Of a DNA stretch of 64,000 nt, positions 50,172-63,774 are shown piece after piece (positions within the stretch are counted from its first letter, which is position 1; every line of letters begins with the position of its first letter). Below the pieces are notes generated by a model. The model was not told where the DNA came from and made no database searches. It worked only from the letters and a program-made list of their open reading frames with translations. The stretch is from NCBI GenBank assembly GCA_002633005.1, contig NMRA01000128.1:837822-901821 (forward strand). The letters are read 5' to 3'. A program made the translations under genes and the position numbers. Origin of the DNA: Phoronis australis (taxonomy: Eukaryota > Animalia > Phoronida).

Positions 50172-53100
50172 TCAAAACAAGTACTGGTAGAAAGTCTTGA
50201 GACAGTAATACTGCAGAGAGAGTGAGAGCACGTGAAATGCATGTAAACTCCACAGAAATGGTCTGCTAATTCTCACAACACGCTCGTGACACGTTTCTCC
50301 AGGAACATCACCCTGAACGTCCTGCGACTGGAAGTGTCCCGTCTTGTAGAAACTGTCCAGCAGTTTCTCTTTCTCAGAGTAAACAGTAAATAGCCACTTC
50401 TGCAGATGGTCAGTCTCCGCTGGCACTTCAGATATGGGGAAAACTCTGTAGAAAATGTGCGTGGGTACAGGCTTCTCCCAGCCTCCCGCTAATCTCATGG
50501 CATCCAGAGGCTTACCCGACGGGTACGCGATGGTCATGTCAATCACCCACTTTATTGTCTTCCTGTGTAAACCCGCATTATTGGGGTGCAGATTCTTCAG
50601 CAGTGTTTCCAATGCACCTACACGAGGAAGCGCCACATGGTTCAGTACAGGGAAGTTGTTGGTGCGTGCAAATCTGAAAATAGTCACACACTTCCCTAAA
50701 TATGTTGAGCTTAATGTATTTTTGATAATTCAATTTTTTAAACAACATTCATACAACTAATTCCCTTTCTCACAGATTAGCAGATACAAACCTATTGAAA
50801 GAAGGTTAAAACCAATTTTAGCTTTCTAACGGATATTAACTGCAATTATGTTACAAAATAATGCTCCGTCATCCACGTCCACACTCAAAAGTATTGCATC
50901 AAGTAACATGATATCTACTACAACTGACATCTTGGGTGAGATAAGGTAATGTGTACCACTATTTCACAAAAAATGTTTCAAAAAAAGGCTGTGCATGGAG
51001 AACATGTAAGGATTTGAAATAAATAATTTTTTATATAAATAGGTGTTATTTTCTACCGAAAATCCTTGCTTTTTGAAAGTCTGTTACAGACACACCCAGT
51101 TTGTTTATGCAAAATCAGTCAATCAAATCACATCTTCCATCAAAATTTCCCACAAAAGCAAAGTTGTATTGTTTCTCCACCTCTCTCTACCCTCTTGCCA
51201 ACGACTAAGGGGAGAGTCTGTGCACCTGGAACCAGAGAATCCAGTCAATGATACAATGAGCAAGTACTCCAGCTGAATAAGGCTTTCATCTCTCAGCAGA
51301 AACCATTGTGCACCAGCCAGTACACATAAGGGCTGTTCCAGCAAAATCTGTATGGGAGGGGGGGAAGGCACTTTTATTTCGTACCCACCGCCCATATTTT
51401 TCATTTATTTCTCCAACCCATGACCCATAATTTTTTAATTATTTTTGATAGGTTAAAATATAAAATCCAACACTTACAAACAAATTGCCTCCAGGAGGAC
51501 CTGTTAAGAACTTAGATGATTGACAGACAAGAACTAGTTGTCTTGTCCAATATTGTCAAAAACTAAAGTAGCCTGTGAGCAATACTTTTGGCAGCCACCA
51601 GATGTCTCTGTTCACCATGTGTCTATAATTTCAATGAATATTTTTTCATTTATAAGGATCTATGAACTGTCTCCACGAACTCTTTTATACTTCTATGTCA
51701 AGTGAATATTGGAACTTGTTTATTTTGTTTATCTTACTCCTCATACTTTTTATTTAAAAATCATCAATTTTCTTATATGTGTTAACACCAGTTTAGTGTT
51801 GCATAACTTTTCAATTCAATAGGACTGCAGACAGTTGGCTCAAATCAAGTTGCCCATGACTTGATTAATAGCTTAGTGAACATATTGCACTCTGTTCACT
51901 GGCAATATGGGCTTTTTTGTATTGGGATAAGTTAGGATATACGTATTTTTTTTGAGTTTTGAGGGCTGAAGTAACCAACCTGTCAACATTAACAGGTCAA
52001 AAAATACCACCCATTTTTAATGCATCACTTCTTACAGGAACGACCACCCATAATTTGTGTTTTTTTCTGAAGACAACCACCCATGAATTTTTATTTCTAC
52101 TGCCGTCCCCCCCCTCCCACACGGATTTTACTGGAACAGCCCTAACCAATTTTGGGGGGTGAAATCACTAAAACAGGGTTTAATAATCTTCAAGTAACAA
52201 GTCCTGTGAAATTGTGCAGGCAACTCTGCAACATTGTGCACAAACCTCTGACTGCCCTCGAGCCTTTTTCTGAGAAATCCTCCTTCAGGAAACAGTACAA
52301 TCCATTTCCTTGGCCTATTCTGATACACACTCCTGATATGCTTTTCTAAGTTTGCCATTTGATCAGAACGGCCATTCTTTGTGCCCTGCAACAGACAGAA
52401 CAAAATGTAAAAATGAACCCAGGTCGAAAAATACGAACTTAAGGCAAAGGGCTTCCAGGTAAAAACAGTTTTCATTAGAATGTTATGAAGCACATTTGAG
52501 CACAAGACATATTGAAAGAAGATGGACTCACACTAACCATTGGCTTCTGCTATGTGTATAAAATAAGAACACGCCAAAGCCAAGAGTTACAAAAAAAAAA
52601 AATTTAAGAATATAATATAAGTACGATTTTCAATAATGATTCGGTAATTTCTCAATCATTTTTAGAAAAATTAGCCAATCATACTAAATTAAGGAAAATT
52701 AAGTACTTTGGGACACCAGTCATTCTAGTCATAAATCAACTTGTTAAAAACACCTGCAAGAATACACTGCCAAAATAGGTTTTGAAAGACAGCACTCAAA
52801 TGGGGTCATATGTGGGTACCTGAAGGATGAAGAAGTCCCCATGGAGGAGGGAGACCCAGCCAAAGTTGCTGTACATGAATATGTAGTCCATAATCCACAT
52901 CATTCCTGCACAGACACCCTTCTTGCTTGCAAAACTGTTCATAATGATGGGCACATCAGCTGTTGATTGGTGGTTGACTATAACAAGAGCTTCATCGTCG
53001 TAAAAAGGTGAAAGGTCCTTGCCAGACTCAAGAACTGCAAGTAAAAACATTCTCAATATGTTTAAACCGACTTTTCATAATAAGTATTACCAACTTTAAC

Positions 53101-56100
53101 TCTCCTACACGTCCATGCAAAACATAAACAGATATGGGCATAACTTGTGATTGATGACGACAGAGAATAACTGAATGCCCTCAGCTTATTCATCACCTGG
53201 AAACATTTGCAGAATTCAGGTGCAAGTCATGGAAGTGACACACACACACAAGCACACGCACACACCTACTGACACAGCCACAAATCAACCAATATGTCTT
53301 TCTTTACTTACGCACTAATTTCAAAGTTCGTGCCTCTGTTTTCACCAAAACCAAAATGTGATCAAACCAACCTGTATAACCAGCTGACTGGACCCAATGG
53401 GCGACCTGACTCAGCATCCAATTAAACATGGTTCCCTCCAGTCTCCAATAGAGGGCGGGCCTGACTAGCCTCAGAGGTTGGAGCAATAATATCCAGATGA
53501 GGTAGGATGGGATGCTGTACAGGTTGTTCAGTGTGATCCATATCACTCTAAGTGAAGTGTACACAAATGTGAACAGCATGCTTTCACCTGTTTAAGGCAG
53601 GAAAACAGGACAAGATTAATGTTGTTTATTAAAAATGGAACTTGTGGTGAATAGCAGCTTAGTAAGTTTTAATTTGTCTTCACATTGATGTAGTCAAAAT
53701 TGCATATCTCACTGTTTGGCTACCTAAAGAACAAAAATCAAGTTAGGCCTTTTGCTCTCATAAAATTGGTCTCATAAATAAATATTCCTTACAATAAGAT
53801 TCTATTCCCATCCCATTACAAACTCATATGACAGGCAATGCACACATGCGCCAGTTTTGACACCGTCATGCTAGGGTTGATCAATCCCAATGAACCCTGA
53901 AGTGTTTCATCGGGTCGTCCATGGCTTTTATTCTCTTTGGTTATGGAAACAGAATATGTGTGTGCGTGTATGTTCAGCTCAGGCTGCAATATTATGAAAC
54001 ATTAATAAATGTCATGTTGCATATCCTGCTATACCGTATTTGTGAGTATTTAGGCCCACGTGCCTATACCCGACATAATGCATTTTTATCTCAATGTTTT
54101 GTACACAGGCAAATATCACTTGTTATGTGCATGTTTTAAACTGGCTGATGAATTTGGTGGACTTCTCTTTCTCAGTTAATGTTAAAGACTTTCTTTCCTT
54201 TATCTTGGAACAGAAAAACTCATCAATTGAGTGACATCACTAGAATAGCACAACTGTGACTTACAGTCTTGCATGTATTTGGACTGTTTACTAGCAATTC
54301 ACGACAAAAAGCCATTCAATTGTGGCAGCCATTTTGTAAATGCACCAACAGAAATTTGTTAATAAATTTCATTCATTTGGATCAAATTCCATTAAATGTT
54401 GAAGGAACACCATTTGGAAATGCGTTTTGACTACGGACATTGGTTTGCAGTCAAATATATCTTTTAATTGAAAATAACTGAAACAGTATCCTTAAATCAA
54501 AACCATGTCAACATTCATTGTTATTCAAAAGATAAGTTAAGCTCTACACATGTTATTTTGATGTTTTGTTCATTGGTGTTACTCAAGCATTTCACATACT
54601 AGAATAGGTATGGCTTCACATAAAGGTGCATGTATCAATATTATAGTTTCCTCGCTAGTCAACAGATGGCCTACCAGTACATGTTTGCCTCCTTCTCGTT
54701 CCTCAATAAAAATGGCAAGTTAGCGTGTACATCAATGTTTTATATGCACTAACTGTCTTGAAAAACAGCATACATCTAAATAAGCACACGTAAATTGAAG
54801 GTAAGTTTTAAAATAAGTTATTTTTGTTTTAATTTTGAATCTTTTGAACAATGTGTCACCATTGCTCTAAGAAATGTATTTTTGCTACGTTTCAGAAAAT
54901 AAAATAAAACTGTTTTCGACAGGAACACAGACGATATTGTTATCTGATTTTGGATAAATAATCGCATTGGTAATTTCTGGAAATGAACCGTGAGAATAGA
55001 GACTGAAAACAAAACTGAGCCAAAAAAGTAGAACCAATGCAGTCCTAATCTCAATCTTATAAGAGAGCCAGGAAGCATATAAATCCATTTATAGAGATTG
55101 ACACATGATCAATCATTTATCACATTTACAATAAAATTCAAGTTCTCATTAAATTTTGTTGTCTCAAATTTTAGAGACTGTCCCAAACTGGAGAACATTT
55201 ACAGTAGATAAAACAAATTGTTAATTTTTGAATTGGCATAAAAAACCATGTCAAGAATAGGTTTTACAGTACTCTTGTGCAGGTTGACATTTAAATAAGA
55301 GCGCTTTGAGTTCTGCCAACAGTCATACTTTCGACAGTATCCTCTTGAGTAAATCTACTTAAAAATTCTGAAGGTTGGTTCAGCCACAAACATTTGGAAT
55401 TTGTTTTTTAACCAGTGCAGACGTCTCTGTGAATTTGTTTTATCTGTATTACTGTCATGTTACACGGTTTCAGGCTTATTTAGATATCACAGTGCTGCTT
55501 CGCTAACACACATAATGGTGCTAATCACTTCTTTGAACATGTCATGCATGTTGGTTCTAGACTTTATTCCAATACATTTTGACACTTGAGCTCGCAGACT
55601 AAAAAAATGTCTGCACATCGATTTCACCAGCCTGTTTCATGTTTTTCTCTTAAAAAGCTGCACAAAGGCACATAAACAAGGGAAAGGTACCAAAAATCAT
55701 GATTTGCCAAGCAATGAGTAAAAAAAAAACAAAGAACAAAGACCACATCATTTTTGCTTGTATCTTTTTTGGAAATTGAGCAACTAAAAATACTACGCTA
55801 CTGACACGATTTTCAAAATCAATTATTCTTTGTATGACCTAAGACTTTGCTCCACATCACTCCAACAATGCAGTAGTCAGTTTTTGATTTTACTATGTAA
55901 GTTATTCCCTCGTGGATCTATTAACTCAGCAATGTCAAATAAATCATCTCGGTTAGCAGCATCCCCTCAAGATGATTAATTAGACTCTATGCAGTACAAC
56001 ATCTATACTGACTGCAATGTAGAGATCATGAGGGTAGTTATGGGTAAGACAACTCCTACCTAAGTAAATTATACAAATGTAGCTGACAACACACAACTAC

Positions 56101-57492
56101 AAGGCTGCAACTGTCCTCCACCAGGTGTTTCACAGGTCTCACTCATTGGTGGCTATTGTGCTACCACAATTTAACTACAACAGAAATCAGACATATCAAC
56201 TTAAATAGACAATAGTTTAAATAGACTTTTTCTGCAAGGTAAGAATCAATGCATATTTTGTCAGACTTTTCTTAGTGTGCTAACCTTATTAATTTCGATT
56301 TGATATATTTTATTTATTGGCCATAAAAGTACCACAAGTAACTGATAAACTACAACAGAACACCCCATACTGGAAAAGACAAACATGGCTATAAATTAAG
56401 GCTATGGGTCAAACACCACCAAGGTACAAGTAACTGATAAACTACAACAGAACACCCCATACTGGAAAAGACAGACATGGCTATAAATTAAGGCTATGGG
56501 TCAAACACCACCAAGGTACAAGTAAAAATGTGAAATTAAAAATTGAAAATCCATGTATGATGATATTATAAGAAAGAGAAGTTACTTATTTACATCATGG
56601 TCAGACAACTTTCCCTGTGCACTGAGCTAAGTAGGTCACCACTGCTGCCTGCACTGGGCTGTTATGAAGGTCACTCAGATTAATGACCTAACATTTTTAG
56701 ATTGGAAATTTGAAGGGGGTAATATCAACTTTACATAAAAGTGGTCTGCACAAAAGTTGTTCAGAATTCAATGGAAATTTTAACGAAATGCATATCTTTA
56801 CCATAGCCTTGGTGTAAATAATTCTATAAACTTTCAAACTGGACTCACTTTGTTTTTATCTGTTTTCGCACATGAGAACACATGACAGAGCTGACACTCA
56901 AAAACTGTAATAAGCATTTTTAAAAGGGAACCCATGAGAATTGCGTTTAGTAAAGCAGATTTATTTTCTGTAACATCACATCTACAAACAAGAATGTACA
57001 GTATATAACATACCTCAACTTTGCACGATTACAAATTCATGACTGGTGCAGTTGCTTGCTAAAGTCTGTTTTGAAGTTCACCTTGGTGTGCAAAAACTTG
57101 AAACACGGGTGGGGACACAAAGCTTTTCTGTGCAAAAGTCACAAAAAATATCTAATTCTGAATGAGTTCCATCATGTTTCAGAAGCCCTGTATTATGCCT
57201 GAAGGGTGTGAGCCAAGCATCGTCATAGGACACTCCAAGTTCAGCTTCAGGGACCGGTAGCTCATCCAAAAATTGCACTGAGATCCGAAACAATAGAATC
57301 TGCATTACTTGTGACTGTTGTGTTAGTTTTCCCGTCACTGTCACCGTCACTTTTGAGTGCCAATTCCAGCTCCTTTTCACTATCTGAGTCCATGAACACT
57401 TCCTCAAGAAACTAGTCAACAGTCACCTTACCACGTTTAGCACCAGGCAAGATAAAACTTGCGTTATCTCGGAAACAAATAATCACAGCCAT
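50172..57492 (-). CDS. LPGAT1: Acyl-CoA:lysophosphatidylglycerol acyltransferase 1 (AGPAT family), about 377 aa
   Basis: Exons 57432-57492 (in-frame upstream ATG, less certain; alternative start ATG at 53579), 53372-53587, 52820-53034, 52246-52385, 50172-50673. Motifs [16 protein letters not shown] (HX4D), [33 protein letters not shown] match recalled LPGAT1. Confidence 0.94.
51330..52142. mobile_element. PIF/Harbinger-type MITE in an LPGAT1 intron
   Basis: TIRs GGGCTGTTCCAGCAAAATCTGTATGGGAGGGGGG and CCCCCCTCCCACACGGATTTTACTGGAACAGCCC, with TAA target duplication at 51327-51329 and 52143-52145. Confidence 0.85.
56334..56525. repeat. ~92-bp tandem duplication in LPGAT1 intron 1
   Basis: ACAAGTAACTGATAAACTACAACAGAACACCCC...CACCACCAAGGT occurs twice, nearly identical. 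Confidence 0.9.
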
Positions 57493-57850
57493 ATGTTGTA
57501 AATCAGAAAAGTATAGGAAACTATGAACTGTGGAATGCGCATGCTCACATATATAAACAGCATACGGGGCTTTCACAATTTCTGAATGAAAAACACCAGT
57601 GTCCTGGGGTGAGTACGGTATACTCTCCTTGCGCAGTCTAGCCGTAGCTTATTTTAGGCGATTGAGTACACCCGACGCATTTTAATAGGATAATAGGCTT
57701 GTCGGCTGACCTCGCCTAGCGCAAGATAAGGGTTAAGATAAATGTGTTCATGTGATCCCGAATTCGACTGTTAGCTTTCGTTAGTGGCCGCATGTACGTA
57801 GTATTGGTGTTGTCACATGACTGGGGCACTATGGGATTGTACTGGCTGAC
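57493..57850. promoter_or_regulatory. LPGAT1 promoter region
   Basis: CpG-richer stretch upstream of exon 1 with TGCGCATG (NRF1-like, ~57536), GTCACATGAC E-box (~57812) and TGGGATTGTA (ZNF143-like, ~57832). Confidence 0.45.
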
Positions 57851-58159
57851 TCTCATCTGTTCTTGCTAAATGGCAAAACATCTGTGTTCTGAGCTCTACG
57901 ACACTTTCTGCGAGGATAAAGTCTTCAATGAGTAATGGTAAGAGCACATTAGTGGTTAACACGATAATGTGACAACACCTGATTCTACACTTTCACTTCC
58001 AACCCATTCTGAGGGTCGGTTTACCAACAAGTCTTCATACAGCTAAGTGGTTGAATTTTGATGGTGTAGGCTTTACAATTACTACAGATAATATTTTGAT
58101 TTTCAAAATTTCAGAAAAACTGTTTGGCCCGGCATGTCAGTAAACAGTTATTTACAGAC

Positions 58160-58410
58160 AGGTTACGGGTTCACAACCTGGTTGCCATTCCCCACACATA
58201 CCTTCGACCCCTACATATTTCTAGATCATATAATTCCCACTCTCATACCTTTGAGAGCGCATACATTTGCATTGCATACTACGCAAACCCTTTCTTCCCA
58301 TCTATCGTTACACTCTGGAATAGACTCTCACAATACGTCATTTCATCAGAAACGATAAAGATGTTCACAAGTCACATCTCAAACATCAACCTTACTCGGT
58401 AAATAATAAA
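58160..58410 (+). mobile_element. 3' end of a CR1/L2-group LINE ORF2
   Basis: Peptide YYANPFFPSIVTLWNRLSQYVISSETIKMF resembles the NSFFPRTIxxWNxLP...FK C-terminal motif; A-rich sequence follows the stop. Confidence 0.7.
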
Positions 58411-59581
58411 ACTTGTTTTTATCCTGGCATTAACCCGCATTTTGTTTTGTTGTTATTTTCACAGTTAACACATACCATGACTGAGGATACAATTTAGTCA
58501 GCAAAACTTGAACAAATCGATGAAAATCTGTCGCGGTTTGCTCGAGTTTCTCTTACCGGGTGAAATCATGCATGTTGACGAATAAAAAGTCCAAGGGACA
58601 CAAATCTTACAAATTTCACCTGATACCTTCCCATGCTATTTTGCAAGTGTCACGCACTAGCGTCACGCGCTTCGCTCAGTCTCGCACTAGCCTTTGCCTA
58701 ACTCAAGTGGCTCAGTTGACATACTTTGTAGTTATCGCACGCGTGGTGAAGAAGTTAACGGCAACTAAAAAAGTGGAGTTAGAATTCTTTGCCAAAGTCA
58801 CCTTAATTCTCATAACTAAGCTTCATCGAAGATATGTATAGAAGTAGAAAGTACCAATATTGGCAATAACCATGAAGATAGGGACGTGACAAAAAAATTC
58901 AAATTCTTATTTAATACTTAAAAATGCATTGATTTAAAAAAACATCCAAAACAGATTCAAACAAAAAAAAAATTAACAAATTCCGTTGAGCCGTTGACTT
59001 TTTATGAACGTTTGAAGAGCGATAATTAGCCCTTTATTTTAGTCCACTGAATACATGTAAATGAATGGGTGTATATGTGACCCAAAATTAGTTTTTTCAC
59101 AATAACTTCCTCAATACTTTTAATAACAACGTGAAAATTTCAGGATATGACATTTACTTAGTGAGAGACATTTTTAAGACAACAAAAAATTCCAAATTCC
59201 AAAATGGCGGACAATATGGCCACCATTACGACTGNAAGTAGCCAACCGAGGGGCTGTGTTGGCCTATGGCTATGCCTGTGCAATGGTTTGACTTTGTTCC
59301 GACTCTTCACAAAGTCTTGTTGAATAATTGATTGGCATGCACATCAAGATGCAAGCTTACTTACAATTGTTACTTACACCAAACAGACGCCATCCTCTTG
59401 TTAAATCTTTTTCTGGAGTTCTGCAGAGTGAAAACAGACAGGCGTAGAGAGAGAGAGTGATTTTCTGTACTTGTGAACTGATAATAACAACTTTATGTAC
59501 AGAACCTGAGAAAGTGGTTTCAGCGCCGTCTGTTAGGGCATTTTTAAAGCTCTCTCTGCTGTACGTGAACTTGGAATCCTG

Positions 59582-59932
59582 GGGCCCGTTCCAACCACAG
59601 GCGTCCTCAGCTTCTGATCGTCCCCAATACACTACATATTATATGTAGTGTATTGGGGACGATCAGAAGCTGAGGACGCCTGTGGTTCCAACTGAACTAA
59701 ACTGACTTAGCTAAGACAAATCTTAAATTTTTGTAAATTTTCAAATAAAAGTTAAATTTGTCTCAAAACCAATTCAAGAAAGAGATCTTAAGTTTGTTTT
59801 AAGTGTTTGACATAAGTTTTGTCTTAATTTTGACTTACTTGCCTGAATGTGGAAGTTTCAAAGTTTGAAAGTTAAGACAAATCATAAACTTAAGTCAAAA
59901 ATGAACTTAAGTTAGTTTCTTGGAACAGGCCC
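59582..59932. mobile_element. Harbinger-like MITE with CTG target duplication, interrupted by a perfect palindrome
   Basis: TIRs GGGCCCGTTCCAA and TTGGAACAGGCCC, CTG on both flanks; a related partial copy lies at ~40760-40951. Confidence 0.7.
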
Positions 59933-60114
59933 CTGCTTTGATCTCAAGGTTAAGCGGAAGTGAGTGTTGCGTGAATTTGGAATTGAGTGCTCTTGAGATT
60001 AAACAACTTAGCTGCCTCATCCCGTACGTGAATTTGAAATATTGTGTGAACTTGGAATTAAGCGGCTGCCTGACACCCTATCACAGAACAAGGCGCTTGG
60101 GTTGAAACGGTAGG

Positions 60115-62200
60115 TTACGAGGAGAAGAGAGTTAAAAATCGAGATACAGCTCCTGTGGCCTGTTCATGAATACTGGAATAAAAAAAATCATTTAAGGACT
60201 GTAATGCAACTGTTCCCTCAGTAGGCCTATAGATGTACCGGGCATTCAAGGTCATAGACCTACGGCTGCCATGGCCAAGTATTTTCCGTGGCTGTTGCCT
60301 ATTCCAGTACAAAAATGAAGCTTTATATTTGAAATTAGTGCCTGGACAATGTTTCATCAAGTGCTAAACTAAACATTCACAAACTTGTTGCAATACTATT
60401 TTAAATACATTTGCTATTAATTTCAGAAGACTTCTCAGTAGTGAGCGCATTCGGATTCTTTTGTACCCAATTCCAAGTTTAAGCAAGCCACGCCCTTTTT
60501 GCTTAAATTTGGAACAATTCAATTTCTTCTTTACAAAAAATCGTGTGCTGAGCCAAACATTCTCTGAATGGTTGCAACATATTGTAAATGTGTTTTCCAT
60601 TACTTGTGCATGCCGTGAAAAATACGCTTAAAAGGAAGTCACGCATTTCTAAGATATGCGGGAATTTTCGCCGCTCGTCAATCTCACCGGCTTTTACCGC
60701 CAACGTCTGATACAGTTGTGATGACCACATTGTCCGGTGCGAGCAAGACCCAATTAAGTGTAATAACCCCACCATAAACCGTAGTAAACATCTCTGCCTG
60801 TACATATTGGCGAATTTTCAAAATGTATTAACCAATAATTTTCATTAAAAAGAACACCACGGCGATATTAGGCTGGAATAAAGAACCAAGTATGGTCTTC
60901 GATTTTTAAAAATCGATGAACTAATAAGCTAAAAACATTGGGTGCGTATTGATATACTCGTTGGATTTACAAACGCTGATCAGAGTTAACAATATCACAT
61001 GCATTATTCTTTTAATATTCTTTCAATCTCGTTTAACCAGGTTATTTTACTAGGAAACAGTAATACTTAACTTGTGTCCACTCTTCATTTTTTTATGAAT
61101 GACATCAAGCTAGAATAGTTAGTCAGTGCAACTGAAATTGTCAACAGATTCCAACTCTTCAGTTTGGCCACCACCACATTTGTACTTTTGTATACATTTT
61201 ATGATTTGAGTTCTAATAAAGATTAAACTTGAACTAGTCACATGTGTAGTTTTGTTTGCTGTGAAATGTTTAGTGTAGGTGTAATCTGGAAGGTTCGATG
61301 GATTCACACTTAACTAAACTAATTAAGTTTTGCTGGCGATCAAAATCTACCATCGTTTTGTACTTCAAGTTTAAAAATAAAATAAAAAGATATCAACCCG
61401 TTCCCGGTAAGAAAAAAGTAGACAGAAATATTAAAAATGGAATAATAAAAACCGGTATGTAACATATTGAAAGCCTTCTTTCCCTTAGGGAGTATCCCTT
61501 TGTCAAGATGAACACAAATAAACTTTTTAGTCTTTTTTGTAATACTTAAAATGTACCAAGTAAAAAATACTGGCAAATGTCAGAGAAAACCAAATTGGGT
61601 GTAATAACAACCACCATTGTTGAGACAGTAGTGTTAGCTGTTACCACTCCACGTCAATCATTAGCTCAGATCTACATAAATACAAAGGGCGTGCTGAATG
61701 GGCATCAAAAAAGTTGTCTGGGGCTAAGGGATCTGTAAGCGATAAATTCTCCTCTACAAAACTATTTCTGTGATCTCATCTCCTCGGACGACGACACCAT
61801 TTCCATCGTTCCACTCAGTTTCCAAAAGTCCTTTGTGGTTGCGTTTTAGTTTCAGATTATTTTCTACGTTGTTTCTGATTGTGGGAACTGTTTAGCCAGT
61901 CTGGATCCACTGTCCCTCCAAGCCTGTCGTGCTTCCGTTGACTTGTTTTGGCGTCACTTTTCTTGCTCTCCATCAATGACATCAATTACTTCTGTAATCA
62001 GTTCTGTGAGGAAACCTTTTCCTCAAGAAAAAAGTGTTCTGACCTTTTTATACTCATTTTATTGATGACAGAGTCACCAGGAAAATACGTGTGCACTGAT
62101 TCTTCCTACAGCTGTGTGCTGTCATTGAAACCCACGTGATCACAGTTTCATGGAAGCACTTCAATAGTTTCTTTGTTGGGTTCACCCAGCTCGACACAGT
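60115..62200 (-). mobile_element. Possible decayed Polinton/Maverick fragment
   Basis: Three stop-interrupted, co-oriented peptide remnants recalled from Maverick ORFs: CLV*HLM...SRRSMTLNARYI...EQAT (packaging ATPase-like), VKKK...KQKGRGLL (small basic ORF), LKRNHKGLLETEWNDGNGVVVRGDEI. Motif recall only. Confidence 0.4.
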
Positions 62201-62903
62201 GGGGTCCCGTTCAGTAACGCCAGGACCTCGCTAAAAAACAAGACTTCGCGAGATTACGTGAGATATTGCCGTGCATTTCAAATGAGAACATGTGACTTAG
62301 ACTAGGTTTTAGATAGGTCCTAGCGTAGGTCCTAGCGTCTACTGAACGCACGCCAGGTTTCACTTAACCCGCTCACAAGAGCTGCATGGATCGTTGAAAT
62401 GCAATTCCAGTTAGTGTTTTTAATATCGGAAAAATGGCCATTAAACGGCACAGAATACATTGAATCTATACAAAGCAAGGCGTCGTTTTATCTGTAAGAA
62501 CACTGTCTGGCAAAATGAAATAAAAATCCGCAAAGGAACTCTTAAGATAGAAACAGGCATAACTCACTTTTTTGAAAAAAAAAATCCATTCGGAGGCAGA
62601 GCAGTGGTTCATTTCTTGTCGAGTTTAAAATACCATTACACACGCCAAATTGTGAGTTTGCAAGAAGTTGAGTAGATATAAACAGAGATGTCAACAAGAG
62701 CAACGCGGAGCGTTGAAATGCGCCCACGATAGCATTGCAAAAGGTGTCCTTCAATGAGTATTTTTAGCTAGGAATGTCCATTAGATGCCGCATAAAGCGT
62801 CAAACCCATCCGAAATTTTCAGGTAAAGGTGGATGGAGGGAGATGAGTGGAGGGTAGTGACTGGAGGAAGGTGAGTGGAGGGGGGTAAGTGGAGGGTAGT
62901 GAA

Positions 62904-63024
62904 AGCGCTTGGTAGTTATGGGCCTGTGATTGTTATGCGGTAAGTTAACTAGTGAGAGCGCTTGGCAGTTATGGGCCTGTGATTGTTATGCGGTAAGTTA
63001 ACTAGTGAGAGCGCTCGGCAGTTA
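62904..63024. repeat. ~53-bp tandem repeat following a G-rich GAGTGGAGG tract
   Basis: AGCGCTTGG(T/C)AGTTATGGGCCTGTGATTGTTATGCGGTAAGTTAACTAGTGAG twice plus a partial third copy. Confidence 0.85.
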
Positions 63025-63686
63025 GGGGTATGGGTTGCTGAACAATATAAAATACCCTTTTACAGAATTAATAGATGACCATTTGCTGACTTTAAATTTC
63101 TCAAAATACTATTTACCTTAATACGACAAGAAACTACACTGTAAGCTTTTTCAACTTTTGTGTTACTGTGTGTCACAAAAAGGACAAAAGATTCCCCGTT
63201 TTAAGTTCATGCACATGACATATCTAAACTCGACCTATAAAATTTTGTTTTCACCTCCAAAGCCAAATCACCAGGCCTATCAACGAGAAGTCAGCAAGTA
63301 TTTCGTGTCATTTCAGCGTTTATTTTATCTCCTGTAAGAAAATGAAAAATTTCACAGTGTGGTCATCTGCTGTCACCACAACTACAATGTGTCACAACTC
63401 TTGAATAAGTAATGTAAAAAACAATGAGAAGCGGTCCTACCAATGAACACTTTGCCATGGTTGACTCTTCTTCTTAGTGCGTCTCAAAAATTTCAAATTA
63501 AGCTGATATCTAGACTGCAGTTAATTAGCATATTCTCACAAAGCAATTAATAGTTGGGTTTTACAATATGCAAAATGCAGTTTGCTGGGGTTGTTTTTGA
63601 TGTGAAAAACGTGTTCCAAACCATTTAAAAGTTTTCATGTCAGTTAGATGTTCACTGTGTGATGGCTCATTCGCCTATTATTTCAG

Positions 63687-63774
63687 TTTGGCTTGGGTGT
63701 GGACCCAGAAGAGGTGAACCCCAGGGTGCCCATAATGGCCTGGCAAACAGCAGCATTCACCATTCAGGTCATAG
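63687..63774 (+). CDS. Single internal exon of an N-recognin E3 ubiquitin ligase (UBR1/UBR2-like)
   Basis: tttcag|FGLGVDPEEVNPRVPIMAWQTAAFTIQVI|gtaagc resembles recalled UBR2 [30 protein letters not shown] and UBR1 [30 protein letters not shown]. Only one exon is visible. Confidence 0.8.

Noticed and set aside
57626-57730. U4 snRNA (starts with TTGCGCAGT)
   Set aside because: Similarity limited to about 10 nt; no Sm site or U4 stem-loops.
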